From NCBI GenBank assembly GCA_950097015.1, contig CATNEN010000038.1:11346001-11410000 (forward strand): DNA of 64,000 nt. The letters run 5' to 3'. The notes under the pieces are model-generated. The model worked only from the letters and a program-made list of their open reading frames with translations, searched no databases and had not been told where the DNA came from. This document shows positions 46,858 through 60,741 of the stretch, piece by piece (positions within the stretch are counted from its first letter, which is position 1; every line of letters starts with the position of its first letter). This DNA comes from Macrostomum hystrix. Its lineage: Eukaryota; Animalia; Platyhelminthes. A program made the translations under genes and the position numbers.

Positions 46858-49800
46858 TCATTCATCAGCAGCTAACAGGCGCTCCATGCCGTGGAGAGTG
46901 TTGGTCATCGCTCTAATCTCGGCCTTCTTTACAACCACAATGGTCCACACCAGGAAGAATATGTAGATGGAGCTGGCGCTTATTATTGGCAGGCCGAGGA
47001 AGCCCGCGCCGAGCAGCTTGCTGCAAAAAGCGATTATATAAAAAAAAATTAGCGAACTGCACTACTCGTAAGTAGATATGTAAAAATAATTAAAATAAAT
47101 CACGCTGCAACTAAGTCAAATAAGTCTCAGCTCTCAGGTAGCCAGTCTCAGCACTCAGGTAACCAGTCTCAGCACTCAGGTTACCAGTCTCAGCACTCAG
47201 GTTACCAGTCTCAGCACTCAGGTTACCAGTCTCAGCACTCAGGTAACCAGTCTCAGCACTCAGGTAGCCAGTCTCAGCACTCAGGTAACCAGTCTCAGCA
47301 CTCAGGTAGCCAGTCTCAGCACTCAGGTAACCAGTCTCAGCACTCAGGTAGCCAGTCTCAGCACTAAGGTAACCAGTCTCAGCACTCAGGTAGCCAGTCT
47401 CAGCACTCAGGTTACCAGTCTCAGCACTCAGGTAGCCAGTCTCAGCACTCAGGTAACCAGTCTCAGCACTCAGGTAGCCAGTCTCAGCACTCAGGTAACC
47501 AGTCTCAGCACTCAGGTAGCCAGTCTCAGCACTCAGGTAACCAGTCTCAGCACTCAGGTAGCCAGTCTCAGCACTCAGGTAACCAGTCTCAGCACTCAGG
47601 TAGCCAGTCTCAGCACTCAGGTTACCAGTCTCAGCACTCAGGTTACCAGTCTCAGCACTCAGGTAGCCAGTCTCAGCACTCAGGTAACCAGTCTCAGCAC
47701 TCAGGTAGCCAGTCTCAGCACTCAGGTTACCAGTCTCAGCACTCAGGTAGCCAGTCTCAGCACTCAGGTAACCAGTCTCAGCACTCAGGTAGCCAGTCTT
47801 AGCACTCAGGTAACCAGTCTCAGCACTCAGGTAGCCAGTCTCAGCACTCAGGTAACCAGTCTCAGCACTCAGGTAGCCAGTCTCAGCACTCAGGTAACCA
47901 GTCTCAGCACTAAGGTAACCAGTCTCAGCACTCAGGTAGCCAGTCTCAGCACTCAGGTTACCAGTCTCAGCACTCAGGTAGCCAGTCTCAGCACTCAGGT
48001 AACCAGTCTCAGCACTCAGGTAGCCAGTCTCAGCACTCAGGTTACCAGTCTCAGCACTCAGGAAGCCAGTCTCAGCACTCAGGTAACCAGTCTCAGCACT
48101 CAGGTAGCCAGTCTTAGCACTCAGGTAACCAGTCTCAGCACTCAGGTAGCCAGTCTCAGCACTCAGGTAACCAGTCTCAGCACTCAGGTAGCCAGTCTCA
48201 GCACTCAGGTAACCAGTCTCAGCACTAAGGTAACCAGTCTCAGCACTCAGGTAGCCAGTCTCAGCACTCAGGTAGCCAGTCTCAGCACTCAGGTAGCCAG
48301 TCTTAGCACTCAGGTAACCAGTCTCAGCACTCAGGTAGCCAGTCTCAGCACTCAGGTTACCAGTCTCAGCACTCAGGTAGCCAGTCTCAGCACTCAGGTA
48401 ACCAGTCTCAGCACTCAGGTAGCCAGTCTCAGCACTCAGGTAACCAGTCTCAGCACTCAGGTTACCAGTCTCAGCACTCAGGTAACCAGTCTCAGCACTA
48501 AGGTAACCAGTCTCAGCACTCAGGTAACCAGTCTCAGCACTAAGGTAACCAGTCTCAGCACTAAGGTAACCAGTCTCAGCACTCAGGTAACCAGTCTCAG
48601 CACTCAGGTAGCCAGTCTCAGCACTCAGGTAACCAGTCTCAGCACTCAGGTAGCCAGTCTCAGCACTAAGGTAACCAGTCTCAGCACTCAGGTAGCCAGT
48701 CTCAGCACTCAGGTAGCCAGTCTCAGCACTCAGGTAACCAGTCTCAGCACTCAGGTAGCCAGTCTCAGCACTAAGGTAACCAGTCTCAGCACTCAGGTAG
48801 CCAGTCTCAGCACTCAGGTAACCAGTCTCAGCACTCAGGTAGCCAGTCTCAGCACTCAGGTTACCAGTCTCAGCACTCAGGTAGCCAGTCTCAGCACTCA
48901 GGTTACCAGTCTCAGCACTCAGGTAGCCAGTCTCAGCACTCAGGTAACCAGTCTCAGCACTCAGGTAGCCAGTCTCAGCACTAAGGTAACCAGTCTCAGC
49001 ACTCAGGTAGCCAGTCTCAGCACTAAGGTAACCAGTCTCAGCACTCAGGTAGCCAGTCTCAGCACTCAGGTTACCAGTCTCAGCACTCAGGTTACCAGTC
49101 TCAGCACTCAGGTTACCAGTCTCAGCACTCAGGTAACCAGTCTCAGCACTAAGGTAACCAGTCTCAGCACTCAGGTAACCAGTCTCAGCACTAAGGTAAC
49201 CAGTCTCAGCACTCAGGTAACCAGTCTCAGCACTCAGGTAGCCAGTCTCAGCACTCAGGTAACCAGTCTCAGCACTCAGGTAGCCAGTCTCAGCACTAAG
49301 GTAACCAGTCTCAGCACTCAGGTAGCCAGTCTCAGCACTCAGGTAACCAGTCTCAGCACTCAGGTAGCCAGTCTCAGCACTCAGGTAACCAGTCTCAGCA
49401 CTCAGGTAGCCAGTCTCAGCACTCAGGTAACCAGTCTCAGCACTCAGGTAGCCAGTCTCAGCACTCAGGTAACCAGTCTCAGCACTCAGGTAGCCAGTCT
49501 CAGCACTCAGGTAACCAGTCTCAGCACTCAGGTTACCAGTCTCAGCACTCAGGTTACCAGTCTCAGCACTCAGGTTACCAGTCTCAGCACTCAGGTAACC
49601 AGTCTCAGCACTAAGGTAACCAGTCTCAGCACTCAGGTAACCAGTCTCAGCACTAAGGTAACCAGTCTCAGCACTCAGGTAACCAGTCTCAGCACTCAGG
49701 TTACCAGTCTCAGCACTCAGGTAGCCAGTCTCAGCACTCAGGTAACCAGTCTCAGCACTCAGGTAGCCAGTCTCAGCACTCAGGTAACCAGTCTCAGCAC

Positions 49801-52800
49801 TCAGGTAGCCAGTCTCAGCACTCAGGTAGCCAGTCTCAGCACTCAGGTAACCAGTCTCAGCACTCAGGTAGCCAGTCTCAGCACTCAGGTAACCAGTCTC
49901 AGCACTCAGGTAGCCAGTCTCAGCACTCAGGTAACCAGTCTCAGCACTCAGGTAGCCAGTCTCAGCACTCAGGTAACCAGTCTCAGCACTCAGGTAGCCA
50001 GTCTCAGCACTCAGGTAACCAGTCTCAGCACTCAGGTAGCCAGTCTCAGCACTAAGGTAACCAGTCTCAGCACTCAGGTAGCCAGTCTCAGCACTCAGGT
50101 TACCAGTCTCAGCACTCAGGTAGCCAGTCTCAGCACTCAGGTAACCAGTCTCAGCACTCAGGTAGCCAGTCTCAGCACTCAGGTAACCAGTCTCAGCACT
50201 CAGGTAGCCAGTCTCAGCACTCAGGTAACCAGTCTCAGCACTCAGGTAGCCAGTCTCAGCACTCAGGTAACCAGTCTCAGCACTCAGGTAACCAGTCTCA
50301 GCACTCAGGTAGCCAGTCTCAGCACTCAGGTTACCAGTCTCAGCACTCAGGTAGCCAGTCTCAGCACTCAGGTAGCCAGTCTCAGCACTCAGGTTACCAG
50401 TCTCAGCACTCAGGTAGCCAGTCTCAGCACTCAGGTTACCAGTCTCAGCACTCAGGTAGCCAGTCTCAGCACTCAGGTAACCAGTCTCAGCACTCAGGTA
50501 GCCAGTCTCAGCACTCAGGTAACCAGTCTCAGCACTCAGGTAGCCAGTCTCAGCACTCAGGTAGCCAGTCTCAGCACTCAGGTAACCAGTCTCAGCACTC
50601 AGGTAGCCAGTCTCAGCACTCAGGTAGCCAGTCTCAGCACTAAGGTAACCAGTCTCAGCACTCAGGTAGCCAGTCTCAGCACTAAGGTAACCAGTCTCAG
50701 CACTCAGGTAGCCAGTCTCAGCACTCAGGTAACCAGTCTCAGCACTCAGGTAGCCAGTCTCAGCACTCAGGTAACCAGTCTCAGCACTCAGGTAGCCAGT
50801 CTCAGCACTCAGGTTACCAGTCTCAGCACTCAGGTAGCTAGTCTCAGCACTCAGGTAGCCAGTCTCAGCACTCAGGTAGCCAGTCTCAGCACTCAGGTAA
50901 CCAGTCTCAGCACTCAGGTAGCCAGTCTCAGCACTCAGGTTACCAGTCTCAGCACTCAGTTAGCCAGTCTCAGCACTCAGGTAGCCAGTCTCAGCACTCA
51001 GGTAGCCAGTCTCAGCACTCAGGTAGCCAGTCTCAGCACTCAGGTAGCCAGTCTCAGCACTCAGGTAACCAGTCTCAGCACTCAGGTAGCCAGTCTCAGC
51101 ACTCAGGTAGCCAGTCTCAGCACTCAGGTAGCCAGTCTCAGCTCATTCAGGGGGCAAACCTGGCGCAGAGCAGCAGCACTAGGGCCAGCAGTAGGCAGGC
51201 GCCAAAGTAGATTCTGTCTCGGCCAGCAGCGGCCACACCGTTTTGCATGATTGGCAGGCAGCGTTTGAGCAGGTCGCGCCTGACAGGCAGGTTTGGACCC
51301 AGAGTAGCCGGCTGGGTCACCGAGCGGGTGAGCTGCAGCTCAGCCTGGACACCTTCGTGGTCCGAGTAGTTGAACGACTCGCCAGGAATCTTTTGAGATG
51401 GGCGGTGCGGAGAAATGAGAAACATGAGACAGACTGTGAGAAACATGAGACAGACTATGAGAAACATGAGACAGACTGTGAGAAACATAAGACAGTCTGT
51501 GAGAAACATGAGACAGACTGTGAGAAACATGAGAGACTGTGAGAAACATGAGGCAGACTGTGAGATACATGAGACAGTCTGTGAGAAAAATGAGACAGTC
51601 TGTGAGAAACATGAGACAGACTGTGAGAAACATGAGACAGACTGTGAGAAACATGAGACAGTCTGTGAAAAACATGAGACAGTCTGTGAGAAACATGAGA
51701 CAGTCTGTGAGAAACATGAGACAGTCTGTGAGAAACATGAGACAGACTGTGAGATACATGAGACAGACTGTGAGAAACATGAGACAGTCTGTGAGAAACA
51801 TGAGACAGTCTGTGAGAAACATGAGACAGACTGTGAGATACATGAGACAGTCTGTGAGAAACATGAGACAGACTGTCAGAAACATGAGACAGACTGTGAG
51901 AAACATGAGACAGTCTGTGAGAAACATGAGACAGACTGTGAGAAACATAAGACAGACTGTCAGAAACATGAGACAGACTGTGAGAAACATGAGACAGTCT
52001 GTGAGAAACATGAGACAGACTGTGAGATACATGACACAGACTATGAGAAACATGAGACAGTCTGTGAGAAACATGAGACAGTCTGTGAGAAACGTGAGAC
52101 AAACTGTGAGATACATGAGACAGACTATGAGAAACATGAGACAGTCTGTGAGAAACATGAGACAGACTGTGAGAAACATGAGACAGTCTGTGAGAAGCAT
52201 GAGACAGTCTGTGAAAAACGTGAGACAAACTGTGAGAAATGTAAGACAGACTTTGAGCAGTGTTAGCAGGAATCGAGACAAGTATTTTCTCACCTGGCCA
52301 AGAGCAAGCCGACAGTCCAGACATTCGAATCGCGACCCGGCGGCGCCGCCATAGAGAATGTAGTCTAGACGCTCGGGAAACGGTCGGTTCTTGCTACTGA
52401 ACGAGTTGCCAGGCCTGTCGCAGGTGAAGCCATCCTTGTCCTCGCAAGCAGCAGCGCCTTGGATAGAAATTTATATTTATTATTCTTACATCAAGTTAAA
52501 CCGAAATCTTACAGCAATCAAACTAAAATCTTACCCTCTGAAACTGAAATCTCACCCACTGAAACTAATATCTCACCCACTGAAACTGAAATCTCACCCA
52601 CTGAAAATAAGATCTCGCCCACTGAAACTGAAATCTCACCCACTGAAACTGAAATCTCACCCACTGAAACTAATATCTCACCCACTGAAACTGAAATCTC
52701 ACCCACTGAAACTGAAATCTCGCCCACTCAAATCTGAAATCTCACCCACTGAAACTGAAATCTCACCCACTGAAACTAATATCTCACGCACTGAAACTAA

Positions 52801-55800
52801 AATCTCACCCACTGAAACTAAAATCTCACCCAATGAAACTAATATCTCACCCACTGAAACTAAAATCTCACCCACTGAAACTGAAATCTCATCCATTGAA
52901 AATAAAATCTCACCCACTGAAACTAAAATCTCACACACGGAAACTAAAATCTCACCTAATGAAACTAAAATCTCACCTAATGAAACTAAAATCTCACCTA
53001 ATGAAACTAAAATCTCACCTAATGAAACTAAAATCTCACCTAATGAAACTAATATCTCACCCACTGAAACTAATATCTCACCCACTGAAACTGAAATCTC
53101 ACCCACTGAAACTAAAATCTCACCCACTGAAACTAAAATCTCACCCAATGAAACGAAAATCTCACCCACGGAAACTAAAATCTCACCTAATGAAACTAAA
53201 ATCTCACCTAATGAAACTAAAATCTCACCTAATGAAACTAAAATCTCACCTAATGAAACTAAAATCTCACCTAATGAAACTAAAATCTCACTACCATGAG
53301 GCAGCAACAACAGAGCGGAAATATTTGTCCCCAACTAACCAGAGTGCTCAACCCAGGCGTCTTTGAGTCCAGTGTTAGCAAGCAGCAGTCGCAGGCCCAG
53401 GGTGTCCGGGTTCAGGTTGAGATCGCCGCACAGCAATGCAGCATCGCAGCCAACGCTAGTCAGCCTGACGAAGGTGCTCAGCTCGTGCGCCTGAGACAGC
53501 CGGTGCGGCAAATATTCGTCGCTCTCTCTATTGTACTCAGCGTGAAGGTGAGTGACGTAGCAGGCCAGGCTGAGGTCGCCAGGGAGTCGAACCCTGGCCA
53601 TGCCGACGCCCTTTCCGCCGAACCAGTCGCCGTGCTGCAGCCGATGCGGGAAGCCGTTGGCCGCGTAGCGATAGAAGAAGGTCTCCACGATTGGGAATCG
53701 GCTGAAGATGCAGCAGCCGCTGCCGATCAAGTTGCTAAGGACGTAGCATGGGGATTAGGCCATAGACGATAGTGGACGCAGAGCATTCAGCCACCGAGTA
53801 CTTCTGACACACTTTATGGCAGGCGACTTGAAGGCTTTTGATTTTGACTTTGATGTCATTTGGATGTCATTTTTAAGTACTGAGTGCCACTTTAAAGTTC
53901 ATTATCCTATTTTTGGCGAACTAGATGCCTTTCTAGGAAGAGACAGCCATTTTGAAGTACTGGGTATCATTTTAAAGCACAGACTTCCAATTTTACGTTC
54001 ACTTTGTATGAAAAGACCGTCGTTTCGATGCACGAACTGCGACTTTGAAGTACTGGATGTATTTTCTAAGTACCAAATGCCACTTTGAAGGTCAAACTGC
54101 TATTTTGAAGTACTTGATGTATTTTCTAAGTACCAAATGCCACTTTGAAGGTCAAACTGCTATTTTGAAGTACTTGATGTATTTTCTAAGTACCAAATGC
54201 CACTTTGAAGGTTAAACTGCCATTTTGAAGTACTTGATGTATTTTCTAAGTACCAAATGCCACTTTCAAGGTTAAACTGCTATTTTGAAGTACTTGATGT
54301 ATTTTCTAAGTACCAAATGCCACTTTGAAGGTTAAACTGCCATTTTGAAGTACTTGATGTATTTTCTAAGAACCAAATGCCACTTTGAAGGTCAAACTGT
54401 CATTTTGAAGTACTTGATGTATTTTCTAAGTACCAAATGCCACTTTGAAGGTCAAACTGCTATTTTGAAGTACTTGATGTATTTTCTAAGTACCAAATGC
54501 CACTTTGAAGGTTAAACTGCCATTTTGAAGTACTTGATGTATTTTCTAAGTACCAAATGCCACTTTGAAGGTCAAACTGCTATTTTGAAGTACTTGATGT
54601 ATTTTCTAAGTACCAAATGCCACTTTGAAGGTTAAACTGCCATTTTGAAGTACTTGATGTATTTTCTAAGTACCAAATGCCACTTTGAAGGTCAAACTGC
54701 TATTTTGAAGTACTTGATGTATTTTCTAAGTACCAAATGCCACTTTGAAGTTAAACTGCCATTTTGAAGTACTTGATGTATTTTCTAAGAACCAAATGCC
54801 ACTTTGAAGGTCAAACTGTCATTTTGAAGTACTGGATGTATTTTCTAAGTACCAAATGCCACTTTGAAGGTCAAACTGTCATTTTGAAGTACTTGATGTA
54901 TTTTCTAAGTACCAAATGCCACTTTGAAGGTCAAACTGTCATTTTGAAGTACTTGATGTATTTTCTAAGTACCAAATGCCACTTTGAAGGTCAAACTGTC
55001 ATTTTGAAGTACTGGATGTATTTTCTAAGTACCAAATGCCACTTTGAAGGTTAAACTACCACTTTTGAAGCCTTTTATAAGTACTAACAGCCACTATAAA
55101 GTACCTTCAATTTACTGAAGGTTAAACTGCCACTTTTTAGTACTTGATGTCAATTATTATAAGTACTAACTGCCACGTACTGCAATTGTTTGATGCACTT
55201 CACTTTGCAGTTCACTTCACTTTGAAGCACAGAGCGTAATCACAACGATTTACTCTGCCACTTAGAAGTAAAGAAATTTCAATACTAACACTGAAGCCTA
55301 TCTATTTTTTTAAATAGAACTAACTTACCTATGAAAATACTGCGAGTGCTGATAAGATTTCTGCATCTTTTTACGAATCTTTTCAAAGTCGCCGTCAGTC
55401 CAAACCTAAGAAAGAATGAATTTTGTCCTAATTTAGACACCCCGAAATTGATTTAATTGTAAAAAATAGACAACAAAGGTTTTAATATTTTTAGCTACCT
55501 CCTGTAGAAACACAATGTCGTGCTCGCCCTCAGACAGGGTGTTGGAAATAGCTGTTAGGCGTTCGTGTCGCTTCTCGCAGGCCAGCGGAGTGAATACACC
55601 CCTGGTTTAGACATTGTGAAACAACGAAATTTAACATAAATTCAACATATTGACTGTCACTATTTTGATTGCAGCCATTGTAATCTAGCTAGGCAATGAC
55701 TATACTTAGCTAACTATGACGTACTATGGACACAGTAAAGAAAAAGTACATTTTTTTCTCTGTATTGTCAACTTTTACTAATAGCTAAATTCAAACAGCC

Positions 55801-58800
55801 TCCCAGATGGCCAAGTCCAAGGCAAAGAGATCTCAGTGCAAGAGGAAAATGTGTAAACCACTCTGTCCTACTAACACCAATAGTCTAGATCAGGGGTCGG
55901 CAAACTCCGGCCCGCGGGCCAGATGCGGCCCTTAAAGCTCCCAAATCCGGCCCGTTGCCCCTTCCGACACCTATTGTATACAGTTTCATCTTTCCCCTGT
56001 CTCATCTCTCCCGTGTGTCGCCTTTCCCCCTGTCTCATCTCTCCCGTGTGTCGCCTTTCCCCCTGTCTCATCTCTCCCGTGTGTCACCTCTCCCGTGTCT
56101 TATCTCTCCATTGTCTCGTCTCTCCCGTGTCTTATCTCTCCATTGTCTCATCTCTTCCGTGTCTTATCTCTCCATTTTCTCGTCTGTTCTGTGCCTTGTC
56201 TCTCCTTTGTCTCACCTCTCCTGTGTCTTATCTCTCCCGTGTCTCCATCTCTCCCGTGTGTCATCTCTCCCTTGTCTCGTCTCTCCCGTGTCTCATCTCT
56301 CCATTGTCTCATCTCTTCCGCGTCTTATCTCTCCATTGTCTCGTCTCTCCCGTGTCTTATCTCTCCATTGTCTCGTCTCTCCCGTGTCTTGTCTCTCCTT
56401 TGTCTCACCTCTCCTGTGTCTTATCTCTCCCGTGTCTCATCTCTCCCGTGTGTCATCTCTCCAATGTCTCGTCTCTCCCGTGTCTTATCTCTCCTTTGTC
56501 TCATCTCTCTCGTGTCTCGTCTCTTCTCTCTCTCATCTCTTCTCTCTTTCATCTCTCCCCTATCTCTGATACATTTCTCTTAGATTTCTACAGTCTGCGC
56601 GGCCCGCTGTCGTCTTTTAGGTTCTCTATTTGGCCCGCTAGCTAATAAGTTTGCCGACCCCTGGTCTAGATCATTTAGTACATGCCAGAAAATTTGGGCT
56701 TGCACTGGTGTTGCCTGCCTAATTTGGTATGCATGGTTTGGTGTGCACTTGCATCACATTGAAGTCTAGTGTGTACATTTGCTTTATTGCCTAGGGTGGG
56801 TATCACAGGCATGTAGCACTAATATATATATATATATATATATAATGCATAAATTAGGATAGATGCTTTATGAGCATACCCTTGCTAGAGCATAAAGATT
56901 GCTCATAAGATGAGTTTGTGGAAGTTTGTGGCAGATTATGGGGTCAGTTAATTGTATTTCTACATATATATATTATTTTTTGCTTTTGTTCTCATAATAG
57001 TTTATAAATGTTTTTAATCACAAATTTTAACCATAGTAGATTTATTACTTACATTTTTAATGTTTATATTTAAAAAATTAAATGTCTGCTTAAAACACTA
57101 TTTAATGCTAACCACTGCACATTTTTTATTTTGTAATAGCTATGGCAACCATAAGCATTAGCATAACTGCATGATATTATTTAAATTTAGTGAGGCAGGC
57201 CCGAGAAAAATCTACTGTATATTACAAAGTTAAAACTATGCCAAATATCATATATTATTTGCAATCTTTTTGTTGTTTAAATGCACCCCTCAACCCCCAC
57301 CCAAATGCTATATATATTGTGAAATTTTGCCATAAGAACCTCAATGTGTTTGTCCCAAATAAAAATTGTTTGAGACAAGAGAGAAATAGAACAGAAAATA
57401 GAATAGAAAAATGAAGTGAATGGAAATTGTTTCATGTGTTGATTACTTACTAAGATAGAATAATATAGATATTGATACATTCTGAATAAGGAAGGTTAAC
57501 AAAATATTTGTGCTGAATTAAGCAGCGTTAATCCATTGGAAGCTCAATAGGATTGGTCTAAACCAGTGCACTTATGTGAATATTAGGGAATTACTATAGG
57601 GCCTCTTGCCACTTGGACACTAAATTGCTATCATAGATAAATAGTAATAAGATTGTTCTGAGTTCAATTGCAGGAAAATTAGCCAATACATGGAAGTGCT
57701 TATTCCCATGGTCCCATGCCAATAATTTTAATTTTATCCACATGGATCCATGCCGATAATTTTCTGCTTATCCACACAGCAGATTGTTTTGCCAATGACT
57801 TGAAGAACTCAAAGCACATATTTTACAGGAACTGTGTAGCAATTTTCATGCACTATATACAACTGGCCATACATGTTTTCCAGAACCTGCAGTACCTGTA
57901 GTAGGGCCTCTTTTAATTACAAGCAATGCACACATTAAATTTCAAATAATTGTTAATTTAAAATAATATGTAATGTTGCTAACAATTGCATGAAGAATTG
58001 CATTGGTATTAGTTACACATGAGCTTGAAATATATGATGCACATGCGCAAATGATACTACCAACTCGTTACCGTATGAAAATAAGGTTTCAGAAACCCGA
58101 CGAAAGTATGTTAACTAGTTCCACACTTTCCTCTGGGAATCTTTACAATTGTGTGTCCTTTGGACTTAGGCGTTAAATTCTTGAGAGTTAAAACAGTGTC
58201 CCAATGCTTTTGCTAGACAATTTTCTTTGCTGTAGACCTATTCATGCAAGCTGCCATATGATTAAGCAGAAAATTATTGGCACAGATCCATCTGGATAAA
58301 ATTGAAATTATTGGCACAGGACTGTGGGAATAAGCTCTGCCCCAATACACTAAGGAATGCAGAGATAAATAGATAATAGGGATAGGGCCTAGCCAAAATT
58401 TACAATATTGCAATTTTTGCAGATAGGAGGTAAAAAGAGAGAGGGGGCCTGCAACATTAGCTTTATTCCAGATGCATTGGTTTTCAAAAAGATTCAACTG
58501 ATTAAAAAACTAAGAGGAAAAAAGTAATTTTAGTTTTTTGGATTTTTGTTTTAATTGGTTTTCATTTTGCCAACTGATAATAAATTATTTCAAATTAAGG
58601 CCTGCAATAAATTATCTATTTATCTGACTTTTTATGGAGGAAATCAGTTCGATGGTTCTGTATTTTTCATTATGTTCCTAAAGAAACTTGAGAATATCAT
58701 TTGATACATGGAAATGTGTGTAACTATCTACATATTTTGTATAGCCTATGTGGATGCATAGCTAATATACCTTTCTTAAATGAGGAAAATAATAGAGAAA

Positions 58801-59181
58801 TGACTTCAACAACAACTTATGGCATAACATTCAAATAGGGCTGTTGAAATCAGCATACACTGGCACACAGACTTGATTTGGCCGAGAATTAGTTCCTGCA
58901 TGCACTGGACACCTTCGTGACTATGGATGGCAATCCATTTTTTATAAATCCATTTTTGGTAGAATTGGGCACTTTACATGTACTTTCTTTCGCAATGCAC
59001 AATACACAACACAATACTTTCGTACTAAATAGTAAATAATAGTCTTGGCTAATAAAAAAATAGACTGCATGTCGTCTTATAAAAATACCTATACCTAAAG
59101 AAAGAAAGTAAATCCGAGTCCCCACTTAGTCGTTAAATTCAAGGCTTACCAACAATTAAGAGTAACAACCTTCAGTTTCAT
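46858..59181 (-). CDS. SMPD2: Neutral sphingomyelinase (nSMase1/SMPD2-like, EEP fold) with two C-terminal TM helices
   Basis: Seven exons 59181-59150, 55601-55499, 55405-55329, 53734-53340, 52457-52294, 51389-51160 and 47020-46858 are all phase-consistent. Motifs TLNCWG, DIVFLQEVW, GSGCCIFSRFPI, HGDWFGGKGVG, THLHAEY, CGDLN, ERLDYILY and YSDHEGV. Confidence 0.93.
47124..51143. repeat. 21-bp minisatellite (CAGTCTCAGCACTCAGGTA[A/G]C)n, ~4 kb, in the last SMPD2 intron
   Basis: Directly visible, about 190 units. Confidence 0.98.
51415..52256. repeat. 21-bp minisatellite (TGAGAAACATGAGACAG[A/T]CTG)n
   Basis: Directly visible; fills an SMPD2 intron. Confidence 0.96.
52535..53292. repeat. 21-bp minisatellite (TGAAACTAAAATCTCACCCAC)n
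   Basis: Directly visible; fills an SMPD2 intron. Confidence 0.96.
54043..55070. repeat. 60-bp minisatellite, about 17 units
   Basis: TTTTGAAGTACTTGATGTATTTTCTAAGTACCAAATGCCACTTTGAAGGTCAAACTGCTA repeated. Confidence 0.97.
55891..56663. mobile_element. hAT (Charlie-like) MITE carrying an internal CT-rich minisatellite
   Basis: Perfect 16-bp TIRs CAGGGGTCGGCAAACT / AGTTTGCCGACCCCTG; perfect 8-bp TSD GTCTAGAT (55883-55890, 56664-56671); subterminal GGCCCG motifs. Confidence 0.93.
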
Positions 59182-60741
59182 TACTCTGTTGTGTGACAGC
59201 GACTGCGTTGGAAACTATGTGAATGGCTTAAAAAATCGTGTGATTACTTCTACCAACTATAGAGCTAGGCCAATTTCGCAGGTCAACGTTTCCATGAAAT
59301 TCGTATTTTGATTTTTTATTTAAACTTTAAATTATCAAAATCAAAACACAAATCATCAGATCCTGCGTCTCAGACTTAAAATCTAGCATTCCAGCTTAAT
59401 TTTTTAAAGGGCTCTGATATTAGTCTTTAATTTTTGAGAGAATATCAGTGAGGGGACATCAATTAAGACCATCACGGCAATGCTGGCATCTAGGAGGCAA
59501 GAAGGCAATACATGTGTAAAGGTTTTAAGCTGGAAATATGCCTATTTGCCTAGCAGCACTAATTAAGTTAACCAAAAACATCAGACTAAGTTGCGATTTC
59601 AAATGACACGAGGTTCTTTCTAATATTTTCTTGTATATCAAACCAAGTAATAAACAACTGAGTTCAAGCTGTCAGCCATAAAAGCAGACATACTTAAGAT
59701 ACAATTTTTATTAGTCCCCAGCAGATGCGTAGCTCAATCAAAACTCGGAGTGACACTTGGTGCAGGTTCTGACGCACCTCTAAAATGAGGCGAAAACAAA
59801 AGTATCTTTAGACAAAATGCAAAAACTAAAAATTATAAAAGTGAGACTGCATGCAGATTGCAGTGAACCGACTTTACTGGCTGAGCGCGAATCAGTTCTT
59901 TTCAAGAAAACTAATGTAACTGTTTTATAAAAAAGGCGAATTCCGCCATGGGCACTACGTGAACCTAGCATGAAGGAAAAAAGCCGGCAAAATCGGGCAA
60001 GGTCACTAAGTAAATGGACAGTAAGAGTGCTCAAATAAGTGAAAGCGCTATAGTGAAAAACAGTAAAATTGAGCTGCAAATTATCCACGAGCTTGCTGTG
60101 TCTGCTGGCGTCCCTGGCAACGGCCTGGTGAGGTTCGTGTCCCACCCGCATGCGCACTGGGAAGGGCGCTGATGCAGCTGCCTCCACCGCCAGATCGGCT
60201 CTGGGCGGCTGTCGGCGGTCGACGTGGCACATCGGAGCTGCTGCGTTGCCATGGAGACGGAGGGATGCGCTGCTCGGTTAGCAGGAGAGGCTCTGGAAGA
60301 GAATTAGACTCCATGGCACTCGAATTTTTATTAGCAACCTGAGCTGCCTCAGACAAGCCGCACATCCTCGGTGAGTCAAGGCGCAATGGGACTCGCCGAC
60401 GATGGCGGACTCTCAAAGGTGCACCTGAGCTGAGGTTTGAAGTGGATTCCCCTGAGGGTCAGCGAAGCAAAGCAAAGTAAATTCTGGTATCAGATTCTAG
60501 TATTCTGTTGCTAAATGAATATTGGTTGCTAAATAACCAGATCCAAAAAATTCAGACCAAGAAATTTACTTGCGGGCTTGCAAGAGACAAATGAATAAAA
60601 TATATATTTTTAAGTGTATTAAGACTTTCTGTTTAAAAAAGAATAAAATCACAACAGGCAAACTTGCGACTACAAGTTCTGTGCTTGAGTTCTCAGTGTG
60701 CTGAGCAGTTTCAGCTGTGCCAGAGAAAGTCGCTGGTGCCG

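Noticed and set aside
51340-53366. Long repeat ORFs (CEKHETV, ISPTETK and others)
   Set aside because: 21-bp arrays inside SMPD2 introns, open only because the unit length is a multiple of 3
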